This document shows, one piece after another, positions 10,185 through 20,524 of a stretch of DNA of 64,000 bases; position 1 is the first letter of the stretch; every line of letters starts with the position of its first letter. The position numbers were made by a program, and so were the translations under genes. This stretch comes from Candidatus Heimdallarchaeota archaeon (GTDB lineage: Archaea > Asgardarchaeota > Heimdallarchaeia > Heimdallarchaeales > Heimdallarchaeaceae), in assembly GCA_019057815.1 (NCBI GenBank), contig JAHLWR010000007.1, forward strand, positions 64,001 through 128,000, given 5' to 3'. The notes under the pieces are model-generated. The model was not told the DNA's origin, made no database searches, and saw only the letters and a program-made list of their open reading frames with translations.

Positions 10185-11198
10185 CTAAAATCTTTTTTGA
10201 ACCATTGAATCCCATAGTTTTTCCAATGTAGTTATTATACTTCTATCTCCATTCTCTTTATATAACATCGCTACCGCTGTGACAAAATATCCAAACCTCA
10301 CACTATGGCCTTCTGGCTTCTTCATTTTCCTTATTGGTCTATATTGTTGGAAATATTTACCTGTAAATCTTGATATATAGAATCGCGTTTTTGATCCTCT
10401 TATAACTGTAGAACTCAAATCGCTCATTTTTTTTTCTACTTTATCACTCTTATTATAAAAATATCTTCTTCTCTGTTCTGCAACGATTTCACTTCTTTTT
10501 CCAACAGAATGTTTATCTTTAGTTAGCTTTAAAAAGAAGAATCTGTTTTTTCCTCTCTTTTCAATAAATTTCTCAGCTAATTCCAGATAATCACTGTTTT
10601 TAGTTAATCTATATAATTTTATCAGAGCGAGTTCTATTTCTTCGTGTCCAGGAGTTTCCGATGGTGATAAGGACTTAAACCGATCTACCAATAAATCTGC
10701 AGCTTTAATACCAATTTTCAAAATATTGTCCTTTTTTGTAACAGCATAATAAGCAATTACTGCTTCTATTAAATGACCAATGACATACAATTCATGTTCA
10801 AATTGAAAATTTAACCATCGCTTGTTTGGGAAATGAAATTGATTGTAAGTAAAAATATATCCGTCATCATCTTGTGCATTTTCTACTAATTTAAAAAAAG
10901 AATCTAAAAGTTCCTCCAATTCCAGATTTCTATTTCGCTCTAAAATGTTTGCAGCTGCTTCTGCCCATTTATGAGCATCTGAATCAGAATAAAAGTAACC
11001 TTCTCGAAAACCCTCCTTCTCTTTTGCAACGAGACGGAAGTTATCAATAGTGTAACTTTTTTCTAGTTGTGTATATTGGTGAAATATTGCTTTCTCAGTA
11101 TTTGTTCGTTGAATCGATGACCAGAAGGAATCACTCACTTCTACTTGAGAAAAAGGTATAGTTCTAGACTTAGAATAAGGAGGTTGATACTCTTTCAT
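10185..11198 (-). pseudogene. Truncated GH127 (beta-L-arabinofuranosidase-like) gene
   Basis: DSDAHKWAEA, AQDDDGY, HELY..GHLIEA, PGHEEIELAL, GHSVRFGY; stops at 337 aa, about half the usual length. Confidence 0.75.
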
Positions 11199-11255
11199 TT
11201 ATGTTTCGTTGTCTAATGTTGGCTGTATTTAATATTTTCTGGTAAAAAAACACAA

Positions 11256-11304
11256 TGAACTACTCCTACATGAAGTAAGTGGACTTCTGCAATCAACAGT
11301 TAAA
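11256..11304 (+). repeat. Dispersed 44-bp repeat, copy 1 (IS200/IS605-end-like)
   Basis: 11261-11304 matches the reverse complement of 15915-15958 at 38/44 nt. Confidence 0.7.
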
Positions 11305-11359
11305 CCATGGTTTTGAAGAATAAAAAGAAAAGAAAGAGAAAAAAGAAGATTGAGACTAT

Positions 11360-13525
11360 TTACTTTCTTTTTCGTAGCATAATTGGAACAACACTCAAAC
11401 ATACGAAACTAAGCGTTATTATTAGGATATTAGGTGCGTCAATTCCTATTGTAGTCGTATCATCAGTTGTTGTATTTGATGATCCATCTTCAGAAACATA
11501 GACTTCAACAGTATCAACAGCATAGTTATAGTAATCATCTTCGACATAAATCTCAAAGAAATAATGACCTATACCTAGAGTACTAAGATCTATTTCAACT
11601 ACATATGAAGGATAGTGCCATATTTCATTCATTATCTCTGTCCCGTTTTGCTTCACAGAAAAGTATCCAGGATGATCATCATAGATTTCCCATTTTAGTT
11701 TCATCGGGTCATGTATTTTGAGGTAGATTGGTTGATCAGGACTATTTATTACAGGATCAGTTATATCAATTATTTCTCCTTCTGCATGAATCTTTAGATA
11801 TAGAGTAGATTCATGACCAGAGAAGTCATAGGCATAGAATTCAAGATAGAATGTAGCAGAACCGAAAATATACTCCTCAAGATAGACATTTACCCAGTCA
11901 CCATCATAGTAATCACCGTTTAGTATCAGAGAATCATTCAAATATACTTCATAATAAGATGGATCATCATCGAATAGCTGATAATAAAGGATCTTAGGTG
12001 TACCAACACTATAATAGAAATCTCCATGAGGACCTTCAATTACTGGTGATCCTGGTGGTGTTCCTGGTATTACTCCTACATTGAGATAGTGCTCAAAGTA
12101 GTTACCTCCATCATCAAGTAATTCTAGTCTATAGGAATAATTACCTATCATTAGACCATAATCCCATAACCAATAAGTATCATTCAGATAACCTTCCCAT
12201 GTCTCATAGTGATTCCAAACAGAGGTACCATAATCATATTTATACACATTTAATGTCCAATTAGTATCAGCATAGATATCGAACCACTCATTGAAATCAC
12301 CTTCTACTACTTGTATAACGGTAGGTCCTTCAATATAACATGGCCATTCAGGTACTCTAGTTCTGAAATCTTCGACCCAGAAACGCCAAGTTGAGTTATG
12401 ATTGACATTATTTGAATCATATAGTTCTACTTGTATTTCATAATAGCTATATGGACCCCAGTATTCAAAATATGTTTCTGGTATTACTATCGAGTATATA
12501 CCCGCAGGAACATTACTCAAATAAGTATATGGTACTCCATCAACAAATAATTCGAAATCGATGATATCACCAAAATCAACTAGTGCAAAAGCAATAAATA
12601 AATCTGGTGTTAAATCAGTTAAGTCATTACAAGAAATCATGCCAAATGCAGGTATATCAGCATCTGTTACTGGATAATATGCAAATGAACACTCTCTAAG
12701 TAACCATGTTATCTTACCGATATATTCACCATGCTCATGTCCAGAAACAAAACAACCTAGAATTGAACTAAAACCTTCAAATTCATGGTCATAGCTATCG
12801 TACATATCTAAGAAATATCTAATTAGAGTACCTGTTGAATTATCTATGTAGAAAGTAAAATTATACTCATAATACTCATAATGAATATAATTAATATCAT
12901 AGTAGCTCCAATCATACTCGTAAGAATAAGCTTCCGAGTACCCATATTTATCTAGATAAAGCTCTTGTTCTACTCCATTAATAGTTACATTTTCAAACTC
13001 AGAACCAATATATATAGCTCCACCAAAATCAGTTGTTACATCCAAGTTAAGAACTGTAGAATAGACATCATAGGAAGATGCTTCAAAGAAACTTTCGCGA
13101 ACATCATCATAATGGAATGAGCTATCGTAATATTCTTCTTCCCACATTTCTGATATGAAGTTATATATGTAACTGGTTGATTCAGATTCTTGGTAACGAC
13201 CATATGATGATCGCGTATGGTTAGCATAAGCAATAGAGCCAACAACACCACTTGTAACATAACTACGTAATTCGTTCTGTGTTATTGAATCATGATATAC
13301 ATAATACCAATTGTCAAGACTTTCATTATACTGTGCATCTACTGCCAAAGTACTTTGATCACCGTGATATTCATCGTAGATTTCAACTGAGTAAAGCAGT
13401 TGATCACCATCAGTGAGAGTTTGATATGAGTTTACTGCATAATTTGAGGAAAATACTCCCACTAGAAGAGAAAATACTATACTTGCTATTATTAAAGAAC
13501 CCCTTTTATTCATCATGGTTTTCAC
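11360..13525 (-). CDS. Tyr/Asp-rich secreted surface protein with Ig-like repeats and C-terminal membrane anchor
   Basis: Signal peptide; P.I..P...D..P..Y....NG-type repeats; Thr linker + IGIDAP + TM + RKRK. Confidence 0.8.
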   Translation of the reverse strand: MKTMMNKRGSLIIASIVFSLLVGVFSSNYAVNSYQTLTDGDQLLYSVEIYDEYHGDQSTLAVDAQYNESLDNWYYVYHDSITQNELRSYVTSGVVGSIAYANHTRSSYGRYQESESTSYIYNFISEMWEEEYYDSSFHYDDVRESFFEASSYDVYSTVLNLDVTTDFGGAIYIGSEFENVTINGVEQELYLDKYGYSEAYSYEYDWSYYDINYIHYEYYEYNFTFYIDNSTGTLIRYFLDMYDSYDHEFEGFSSILGCFVSGHEHGEYIGKITWLLRECSFAYYPVTDADIPAFGMISCNDLTDLTPDLFIAFALVDFGDIIDFELFVDGVPYTYLSNVPAGIYSIVIPETYFEYWGPYSYYEIQVELYDSNNVNHNSTWRFWVEDFRTRVPEWPCYIEGPTVIQVVEGDFNEWFDIYADTNWTLNVYKYDYGTSVWNHYETWEGYLNDTYWLWDYGLMIGNYSYRLELLDDGGNYFEHYLNVGVIPGTPPGSPVIEGPHGDFYYSVGTPKILYYQLFDDDPSYYEVYLNDSLILNGDYYDGDWVNVYLEEYIFGSATFYLEFYAYDFSGHESTLYLKIHAEGEIIDITDPVINSPDQPIYLKIHDPMKLKWEIYDDHPGYFSVKQNGTEIMNEIWHYPSYVVEIDLSTLGIGHYFFEIYVEDDYYNYAVDTVEVYVSEDGSSNTTTDDTTTIGIDAPNILIITLSFVCLSVVPIMLRKRK

Positions 13526-13630
13526 CTAACTTAATATATTCACATTCTAATATATAAAAACTGTTAACAGCATGACCTCTATTAAGTAGATGAATATCAT
13601 TAACAAAAGAGAAAAAAAAGAAGTTGAGAT

Positions 13631-14464
13631 TTATTGCTTTTCATGAGCTTCATCATAGAAATGAAGTTTGTGCAACCATTTACCATCTTTAGCATGTGGA
13701 AGTTTTATTAAATGATTAGTACCTTTCTCTAACTCTCTTATTTCATCCGCAAGAAGACTTGCCTGTCTAACCATTTCATGAGCTGCTGCAAGTTTGATTA
13801 AGGAAACATTTCGATCTTTTTCAACGTACATCCCATTGACATTTTGTTTTCCTGCTTGTTTAAGTATCTCAAGAGCAGCCATTGCTTTTGACGCAGAATA
13901 ACCATTAGAAAATGGATGATCTGTAACTATAGCTTTCGAGGATAAGAGTTTAAATGGTAACTTAGGTTCTTCACTATTCTTAAGATTTTCAATTACTGAA
14001 TCTAGCTGTTTAGTGATGAATGAAAAGACACCACAAGCACTAAAAGCAGATATGATATGTCCGTTGAATATTCCCATTTCTGAAGGATCTAAGAAATCTT
14101 TCTTAGCGCCTATCATGGGATCAAAGGGAGCTATCATGTAACCAATCCCTGCTTCTTTCCATGATGCACGTAATTCTTTGTCTGCTTCGTCTGAGATAAC
14201 GATTAAAGGATATTTTCCTTTTAATTTTTCAACCAAGTATTTAGGTCCTTCAAGATTCGCATTTGGTGAAACAGCAACAACTAAGTCTGTAGGAATATGT
14301 TCCAACAAATCTATCAATTCTTGTGCATTGGCTTCTTTCAATTTAGTCGAAGATGAAATAACTTTACAGTTGATATCTGTTCGACTTGCCCGTTCGTCTA
14401 GCATAATATCTACTAGAGTTGTAAGAGTTATATTACCTAGTTTAATGAATGTTATATTAACCAT
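13631..14464 (-). CDS. mtd: F420-dependent methylene-tetrahydromethanopterin dehydrogenase
   Basis: KLGNI, LDERA.R.DI, SPNA..GP, D.MIGA...FLDP.EM..FN, AAHEM.R.A..LADE.RE.EK. Confidence 0.9.
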   Translation of the reverse strand: MVNITFIKLGNITLTTLVDIMLDERASRTDINCKVISSSTKLKEANAQELIDLLEHIPTDLVVAVSPNANLEGPKYLVEKLKGKYPLIVISDEADKELRASWKEAGIGYMIAPFDPMIGAKKDFLDPSEMGIFNGHIISAFSACGVFSFITKQLDSVIENLKNSEEPKLPFKLLSSKAIVTDHPFSNGYSASKAMAALEILKQAGKQNVNGMYVEKDRNVSLIKLAAAHEMVRQASLLADEIRELEKGTNHLIKLPHAKDGKWLHKLHFYDEAHEKQ

Positions 14465-14551
14465 TGTAATCGAAAAAAATTATTTATTCTCTTTAAAAAG
14501 TTCTTTGGTCTACCTCGAAAGAAAAGTAAAAATGGATATTTTTAAGAATGA

Positions 14552-15289
14552 TTGAATTTAATAGAATGTAGAATGAAAAAAGACGCTGTACTAATCGGGA
14601 CTGTTTCAGTGATTATCATCACTCTTACTTTATCTCTTCTCAATATTTACGTGTTCCCAGATTTGTATTTTAAGCTTGATATCTATAGAAACACGGATAA
14701 CCCAATTAAGCGTGATATTCTACTAGACTTAGAGGGTATTGGAGTTAATTCGTCTTTTTTCGATGATTTGAATAGAACAGCATATGAAGATTTTATGGAA
14801 TATGCGATTGTGAATATATCTAGAATGATAACTCTAGCTGAAGAACGTAAATCAGCTGCTTATGATATGGATACTTCTATCCTACTCAAAAGGAACAAAC
14901 TTATCTATAACGGGACGATTATAGGAGTTACACCAAATTCTACAATTTACAAGAACTGGATAGAAGAGATTTATAAGGAAAGCTCTAACATTAATTATTT
15001 TGGTTATACAAATGAAACTTATGACTTTAATATATCCTCAAACTTTGAAGAATTAGGTACTTATCCTTTCGATTTTGAACCCATTTTCAACGCCATAGAT
15101 GACATATTTAATGATACAAATAGAGATTTAACTTATATTATCTTTCAGTCTGTATCTTATTCCGAAAATAGAGGATTTCTTTCTGATTACTCTACAGATT
15201 TCCAACGTCTAATTTTCACCAATTCCCATGGAGACATCATCTTTTTCCTCTCAAATGAAGGAGTTTGGGTGGAACCTTCACTATTCTAA
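14552..15289 (+). CDS. N-terminally anchored hypothetical (glyco)protein
   Basis: One N-terminal TM; many N-x-S/T sequons; start may be the ATG of MKKDAV. Confidence 0.7.
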   Translation: MNLIECRMKKDAVLIGTVSVIIITLTLSLLNIYVFPDLYFKLDIYRNTDNPIKRDILLDLEGIGVNSSFFDDLNRTAYEDFMEYAIVNISRMITLAEERKSAAYDMDTSILLKRNKLIYNGTIIGVTPNSTIYKNWIEEIYKESSNINYFGYTNETYDFNISSNFEELGTYPFDFEPIFNAIDDIFNDTNRDLTYIIFQSVSYSENRGFLSDYSTDFQRLIFTNSHGDIIFFLSNEGVWVEPSLF

Positions 15290-15362
15290 TTGGCATCATT
15301 TTTTATTCCAATTCTTTTGCATCTCACTAAAGCTTTTTATTTGGATATATTTATGTTAATTT

Positions 15363-15875
15363 ATGGCTCAAGTTAATCAAGATAGTAGACCATACAGTTT
15401 CAAAGTTAGGGAAAGATTTTTCACTTTCTTTCGAAAGTCATTTGATATTTTTGACGAAGCAACTGACCAAAAGATCTATCAGGCAACTAGAGTGTTTTTC
15501 TCTTTCACACCCACTTTACTGATCAAAGATATGGCAGGAGTAGTTATTGCTAAATTGAAATCGAACTACTTTTTTCAAAATCGTTGGAAAATAAACATGG
15601 GAGAAAACCTAGTTGGTGAGATTGAATTCCCAATCATCAGATTCTGTGGAATAAAATTCACTGTTCATCTTGCTGGAGATATTTATGAAGCATCTGATAT
15701 TGTAGGTTGGAATTTTACTGCTAGAAACACACAAGGAGTTATCGGTTTCACTCTTGATAGAAAGTTTTTCAGAATAAGAGATACCTACAAAGTAACAGTA
15801 TTCCAACCCATGGATCCTATTTTTGGACTTGCATGTGCTTTAGCTATAGATAGTAAATTCTACAGAGATAAATAA
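15363..15875 (+). CDS. LURP-one/scramblase (Tubby-C-like) family protein
   Basis: F.V.E.FFT....F.I.D start; KFFRIRDTYKV; final helix LACALAID. Confidence 0.75.
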   Translation: MAQVNQDSRPYSFKVRERFFTFFRKSFDIFDEATDQKIYQATRVFFSFTPTLLIKDMAGVVIAKLKSNYFFQNRWKINMGENLVGEIEFPIIRFCGIKFTVHLAGDIYEASDIVGWNFTARNTQGVIGFTLDRKFFRIRDTYKVTVFQPMDPIFGLACALAIDSKFYRDK

Positions 15876-15914
15876 TAGAAAGCTTAAAATTTATAAAAAC
15901 CTATTTTTGTTTTT

Positions 15915-15958
15915 TTTAACTGTTTGTAGCAGAAGTCCCCTTTCTTTATGTAGGAGTA
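15915..15958 (-). repeat. Dispersed 44-bp repeat, copy 2 (inverted relative to copy 1)
   Basis: Reverse complement TACTCCTACATAAAGAAAGGGGACTTCTGCTACAAACAGTTAAA. Confidence 0.7.
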
Positions 15959-16004
15959 TTTCTTTTGGGAGAATATTTAAGAGTTATAAATTACTTCTTT
16001 TATT

Positions 16005-17075
16005 GTGCGAATCAAAAGCTTAGGTTTAGAGAATGTGCGTGCTGTAGAATGGATTGACACAACACAGGAAATACGTCTAATTGATCAACGATTAATACCT
16101 TTTGAAATATCTTTCACCAATCTGTCTACTACATTGGAAGTAAATGATGCAATTAAAACAATGGTGGTTAGGGGAGCTCCAGCTATTGGTGTTACAGCCG
16201 CATATGGAATGGTTTTAGCAGTCAAAGAAACTCTTGATTTTCCCCCTGAAAAAAGGTTCTATGTCATCAAAGAGAAATATGATGAATTGATTACAACCCG
16301 TCCTACAGCTGTAGATTTAGAGAATTGTGCAAGAAAAGTTTTGGATGTAGCTATTGAATCCAATTATTCGATAGAAAAAGCTCTTAAAAGTGCCCAAAAC
16401 ATTACAGAAGAAATTTTGACGCAATGTAAACAGATAGGGATAGAAGGAGAAAGGATAATAGAAGACAACGATTCTATACTCACTCATTGTCATGCTGGAG
16501 CACTAGCTACTGTCGATTACGGTACTGCTTTAGCCCCGATTCATCGTGCTCATAATAATGGAAAAAACCTAATAGTTTTTGTGGATGAAACAAGACCAAG
16601 GTTACAAGGAGCAAAGATTACAGCGTGGGAACTTTCAGAAAATGGTATTAATCATCATATTATAACAGATAATATGGCAGCACACTTCATGTCAGAAGGT
16701 AGAATTAAGAAAGTAATTCTAGGAGCTGATAGATGCTTGTTAGATGGATCTATAGTAAATAAAATAGGGACACTCAACGTAGCTATAATTGCTAAACATT
16801 ATGACATTCCTTTTTATTCAGCTTTTCCATGGTCAACAATTGACTATAACTCAGAATCAGCTGAAGATGTAGAAATTGAATATAGAGATGAGAACGAAGT
16901 TAAATATGTAAAAATAAATAAGGAAGAAATCTTGATAGCTAATGACTCATCACCTGCACTGAATCCTGCTTTTGATATTACTCCTCAAAATCTAATAACA
17001 GGATATATAACACCAAAAGGCGTAATTGATAGATTAGAATTAAAAGAATATATAGAAAAAGAAAGAAAAAATTAA
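16005..17075 (+). CDS. mtnA: S-methyl-5-thioribose-1-phosphate isomerase
   Basis: MVVRGAPAIG, TRPTAVDL, LTHCHAGALAT, DETRP.LQGA, NPAFDITP. Confidence 0.9.
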   Translation: MRIKSLGLENVRAVEWIDTTQEIRLIDQRLIPFEISFTNLSTTLEVNDAIKTMVVRGAPAIGVTAAYGMVLAVKETLDFPPEKRFYVIKEKYDELITTRPTAVDLENCARKVLDVAIESNYSIEKALKSAQNITEEILTQCKQIGIEGERIIEDNDSILTHCHAGALATVDYGTALAPIHRAHNNGKNLIVFVDETRPRLQGAKITAWELSENGINHHIITDNMAAHFMSEGRIKKVILGADRCLLDGSIVNKIGTLNVAIIAKHYDIPFYSAFPWSTIDYNSESAEDVEIEYRDENEVKYVKINKEEILIANDSSPALNPAFDITPQNLITGYITPKGVIDRLELKEYIEKERKN

Positions 17076-17083
17076 GAAGGATT

Positions 17084-19297
17084 TTACCTTCTACGTTTGA
17101 GTATTATTGCAAGTCCTGAAACACTGAGAACACTTAATAAGGCAATGAGCGCAGTAGGAGCTTCTATACCAATGGTTTGTGTATCAGTTGTTTCTGTAGT
17201 TTCTGTAGTTTCTGTGGTATTTGTTGGGGTAGTTGTTGAGGTAGTTGTTGGGGTAGTTGTAGTTGATATGATGGTGTCACCAAGAGCATATATATCTAGG
17301 TGTATTTCAGTCGTGTAACCATCATTGTCAAATGCTTCTAACACCAGATGATAAGTACCATTTGTAAATATGTAGGAATCTAAATCAATTGAAATCCATT
17401 CACCACCATAATAATCATCTGTGAATACCATAATACCGTTTATCCACAATTTGTAGTGCGTAGGATTATCGTCTTTAAGTTGATATGAGAGAGTTTCACC
17501 AGTTCCCACATCATAATAATAATCACCAGTAGGACCAAGTATCTCGGGAGGTGAGATAATTCCATTATTAGCATACAAATCTAGATGGATCGTAGTCATG
17601 TAATTATCACCGTCAGCTGCGTCTATCATAAGATGATAAGTACCACTTGTAGAAATGTAGGAATCTAGATCAATTGAAATCCATTCACCATCATAATAAT
17701 CATCAGTTAGGATAACGTAACCATCTAGCCATACAGTGTAAATGGTAGGATTATCGTCTTTGAATTGATATAAGAGAGTTTCACCAGTTCCCACATCATA
17801 GTAATAATCTCCTGTTGGACCCATTATCACTGGAGTATCAGCTGGATTTACATGAACGTGCAAGATTATTTCAGAAGTTTCATTAACAACATCTATCAGT
17901 TGAAGTTTGTAGTAATAGTCTCCTACAGTTAGTCCATAATCCCATAGCCAAATATCAGTTGTTTTATAACCAGAATGATAATCATAAGAGAAGAAACCAA
18001 ATCCATCATCTTTGAATATTTCAAGTACCCAAGAAGTATCAGAGTTAATTCTAAACATTACGTCAAGTTCTTCGTTTTCATTTATTTCGATGTAATTTGG
18101 TCCGTCTAACCATGAAGGCCAATCAGGAATTACATACCTTTTATCATAAATGTCTAGCCACCAGGATGAGTTGTGTTCAAAGTTGAATTCATCATAAACA
18201 ACAATATCAACATAATGATAGTTATAAAAACCATCAAAAGGCAGATCTGCTACAAGGATATTGAAAGTGTAATATCCTGACACCATATGGTGATAAGTAG
18301 AATATAGAACATCATTGACATATATCTCAACCATCATATCGTTAGAAGAATCTTGAAGTATTACTTCTATAGGCACAATAACGGTACTATTGTCCACTTC
18401 AGGATAGTTTTGAATTAAAACTAATGGAAGGCTAGCATCCATTACAGGAGAGAATGCTGCTGTTGTTTCAAATAGTCTTCCGTTAAGGAAATAAATACTG
18501 TAAGATTGTATATCTATCTCAACATTACATCCTAAATCAGAACTATAGCCATAAAAATACCCATTGGTGTAGGATTCATAAGTTACCTCGTAACCTAGTA
18601 GAAAACCATTTACTGCATCAACGTAATAGATGTAAGTATCAATAGTAATTTCTTCACAACTGAAACTGATATCAAAGAATGAAACATCATAGTAATAGTA
18701 ATTGGTTACTTGACCTGCATAAACATCAACAATGAATGCTTGCTCTATACCATTGATAATGTAACTTTCCGGAACAGTATAATCTAAAATAGTATCACTG
18801 AAACTATACATTGGATCAAAATTCAATGTGTCATTATAAACATCCATACCCCAATAGAGTTCATAATAGCTATAAACATCGTCATGATCCCAATAGTAAT
18901 CATTTTCGTAATCCAAAAACCATGTTTCTGATGGATAATCATACGATTCATGTCGGAAGTATTCGTGACCATAATAACCATAGCTTGTGGTTGTTGAGTT
19001 ATAATTACCACTTGAAACGAAAGCCCAGTTGATGTTGTAACTTCTTACAGCATCTTCATCCCACTCATAAAAACTAGTTTCACTATAAGAGTGAAATATA
19101 GGATCGGTTTCTAGTTCAGACCAATACATATAATCAGAAGTGTATTCACTACTAAAATGTTCTTGATATAACAGCTCGTCACCAGCATTAAGGTCTTGAT
19201 AAAAAATCCCTGCTGGAACGCTTGAAATACTCCCAAGACTAAGTGTTGAGAGTACTAATATAATAAATACAATTGAACCCCTTTTCAAAAGCATCAC
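17084..19297 (-). CDS. Tyr/Asp-rich surface protein, paralog of 11360..13525
   Basis: Same architecture; duplicated 95-aa module; Thr linker + IGIEAP + TM + KRRR. Confidence 0.8.
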   Translation of the reverse strand: MMLLKRGSIVFIILVLSTLSLGSISSVPAGIFYQDLNAGDELLYQEHFSSEYTSDYMYWSELETDPIFHSYSETSFYEWDEDAVRSYNINWAFVSSGNYNSTTTSYGYYGHEYFRHESYDYPSETWFLDYENDYYWDHDDVYSYYELYWGMDVYNDTLNFDPMYSFSDTILDYTVPESYIINGIEQAFIVDVYAGQVTNYYYYDVSFFDISFSCEEITIDTYIYYVDAVNGFLLGYEVTYESYTNGYFYGYSSDLGCNVEIDIQSYSIYFLNGRLFETTAAFSPVMDASLPLVLIQNYPEVDNSTVIVPIEVILQDSSNDMMVEIYVNDVLYSTYHHMVSGYYTFNILVADLPFDGFYNYHYVDIVVYDEFNFEHNSSWWLDIYDKRYVIPDWPSWLDGPNYIEINENEELDVMFRINSDTSWVLEIFKDDGFGFFSYDYHSGYKTTDIWLWDYGLTVGDYYYKLQLIDVVNETSEIILHVHVNPADTPVIMGPTGDYYYDVGTGETLLYQFKDDNPTIYTVWLDGYVILTDDYYDGEWISIDLDSYISTSGTYHLMIDAADGDNYMTTIHLDLYANNGIISPPEILGPTGDYYYDVGTGETLSYQLKDDNPTHYKLWINGIMVFTDDYYGGEWISIDLDSYIFTNGTYHLVLEAFDNDGYTTEIHLDIYALGDTIISTTTTPTTTSTTTPTNTTETTETTETTDTQTIGIEAPTALIALLSVLSVSGLAIILKRRR
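17180..17266 (-). repeat. Thr-rich linker made of short 9-bp and 12-bp tandem repeats
   Basis: Imperfect gtagtttct and gtagttgttg(a/g)g units encoding TTTTPTTTSTTTPTNTTETTETTETT. Confidence 0.6.
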
Positions 19298-19453
19298 TAG
19301 GTAAAATAAGGATATTATTACTTATAAACTCAATGTTTTAGGAAAGATTACAAAGTAAAAAAAGGAAAAAGAGGTTATTAGAATTTTATCAGTTTATCTT
19401 ACTAGAACAAATTTTATAAGGAAAAAACTGAAGATTAGAGAGAGCAAAGCTTG

Positions 19454-20296
19454 CTATTTAGCTATAAGCTTAGAAGAGATTTTCGTTTGTTCAACATATT
19501 TTTTGAGTATCTCATAATCTTCTGGAAGATCCATGTCCATAGCAAAACCAGGGTCTTCAACTAATATTATATCCACTTTACATTTGAATGCTCTTTCAAT
19601 ACCAATTATAGCATCTCTTACTTTTGCTACTTTGAGCAAGACTTTCAGAATCCTGTACCATGACCTAGGAGCTCGAGCAACGAATTTTACCATTACATTA
19701 AACGATCTTTGCTTTCTTCTATTTGAAAATTCTTGGATTATTTCTCCTTTTTCTTCTATAATTTTTGGGCTCATTGCTAACATCTCTCCTTGAATCAAAT
19801 TACAATCTCTAAATTTGGCTGGGGCTCTTTTTGAGTCTGGAAAAGCTAGCTCAACTATTTCTTGTTCAACAACGCCTAGAAGAACATCATATTTTTCGTA
19901 TTTTTGTAACTGCGAGTAGAATGAATCTATACTTTTAACACTTATTCCTGGTACATCAGCATTTACAAAAACAATATTCACCGGATCTTCACCTTTATTC
20001 TTCAAATATTCTAATCCTTCTTTAGCTTTAACAATAAAATCAGATGCAGTTTCTACAGGAATGAACTCTATATCTCCTTTTAATTCAACGTCCTCTTCTT
20101 TTAAACCCACCACATATATTTTCTCTACAAATTGTGATTTTAATAATTCGTCTAGAACCCATTGAATTACAGGTTTTCCCAACATTGGTAGTAAAATTTT
20201 AGATTTGTATTTCTCTTCAGGATCTAGAATTTCCATAATCTTTCTTCTCTTTACATCTCTCCCAGCCATCAGAAAAGTAGGATATTTGACTACCAT
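19454..20296 (-). CDS. MobA/NTP_transf_3-like nucleotidyltransferase
   Basis: LMAGR...K.LLP.LGKPVI.WVL; ADVP; GFAMDMDLPEDY. Confidence 0.75.
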   Translation of the reverse strand: MVVKYPTFLMAGRDVKRRKIMEILDPEEKYKSKILLPMLGKPVIQWVLDELLKSQFVEKIYVVGLKEEDVELKGDIEFIPVETASDFIVKAKEGLEYLKNKGEDPVNIVFVNADVPGISVKSIDSFYSQLQKYEKYDVLLGVVEQEIVELAFPDSKRAPAKFRDCNLIQGEMLAMSPKIIEEKGEIIQEFSNRRKQRSFNVMVKFVARAPRSWYRILKVLLKVAKVRDAIIGIERAFKCKVDIILVEDPGFAMDMDLPEDYEILKKYVEQTKISSKLIAK

Positions 20297-20524
20297 ATTA
20301 AACTCACAATTTCCTTTTTAATAAGGAAAACTAGCATCTATTTATGCTTTTCTTCTCGTTTATCCAATAAAAAATAATGCTCTGTCAAACCTTTACGTTA
20401 GAACTTTAATAGAATTATTTTGCGGGAAGAGTCAAAATCCTTGTTTGATTTTATTTTTTTTTCTAAAACAATATTTAAACTATAAGGGAATCATTTATAT
20501 GGAATTCTTTTTACAAAAAAGCTA

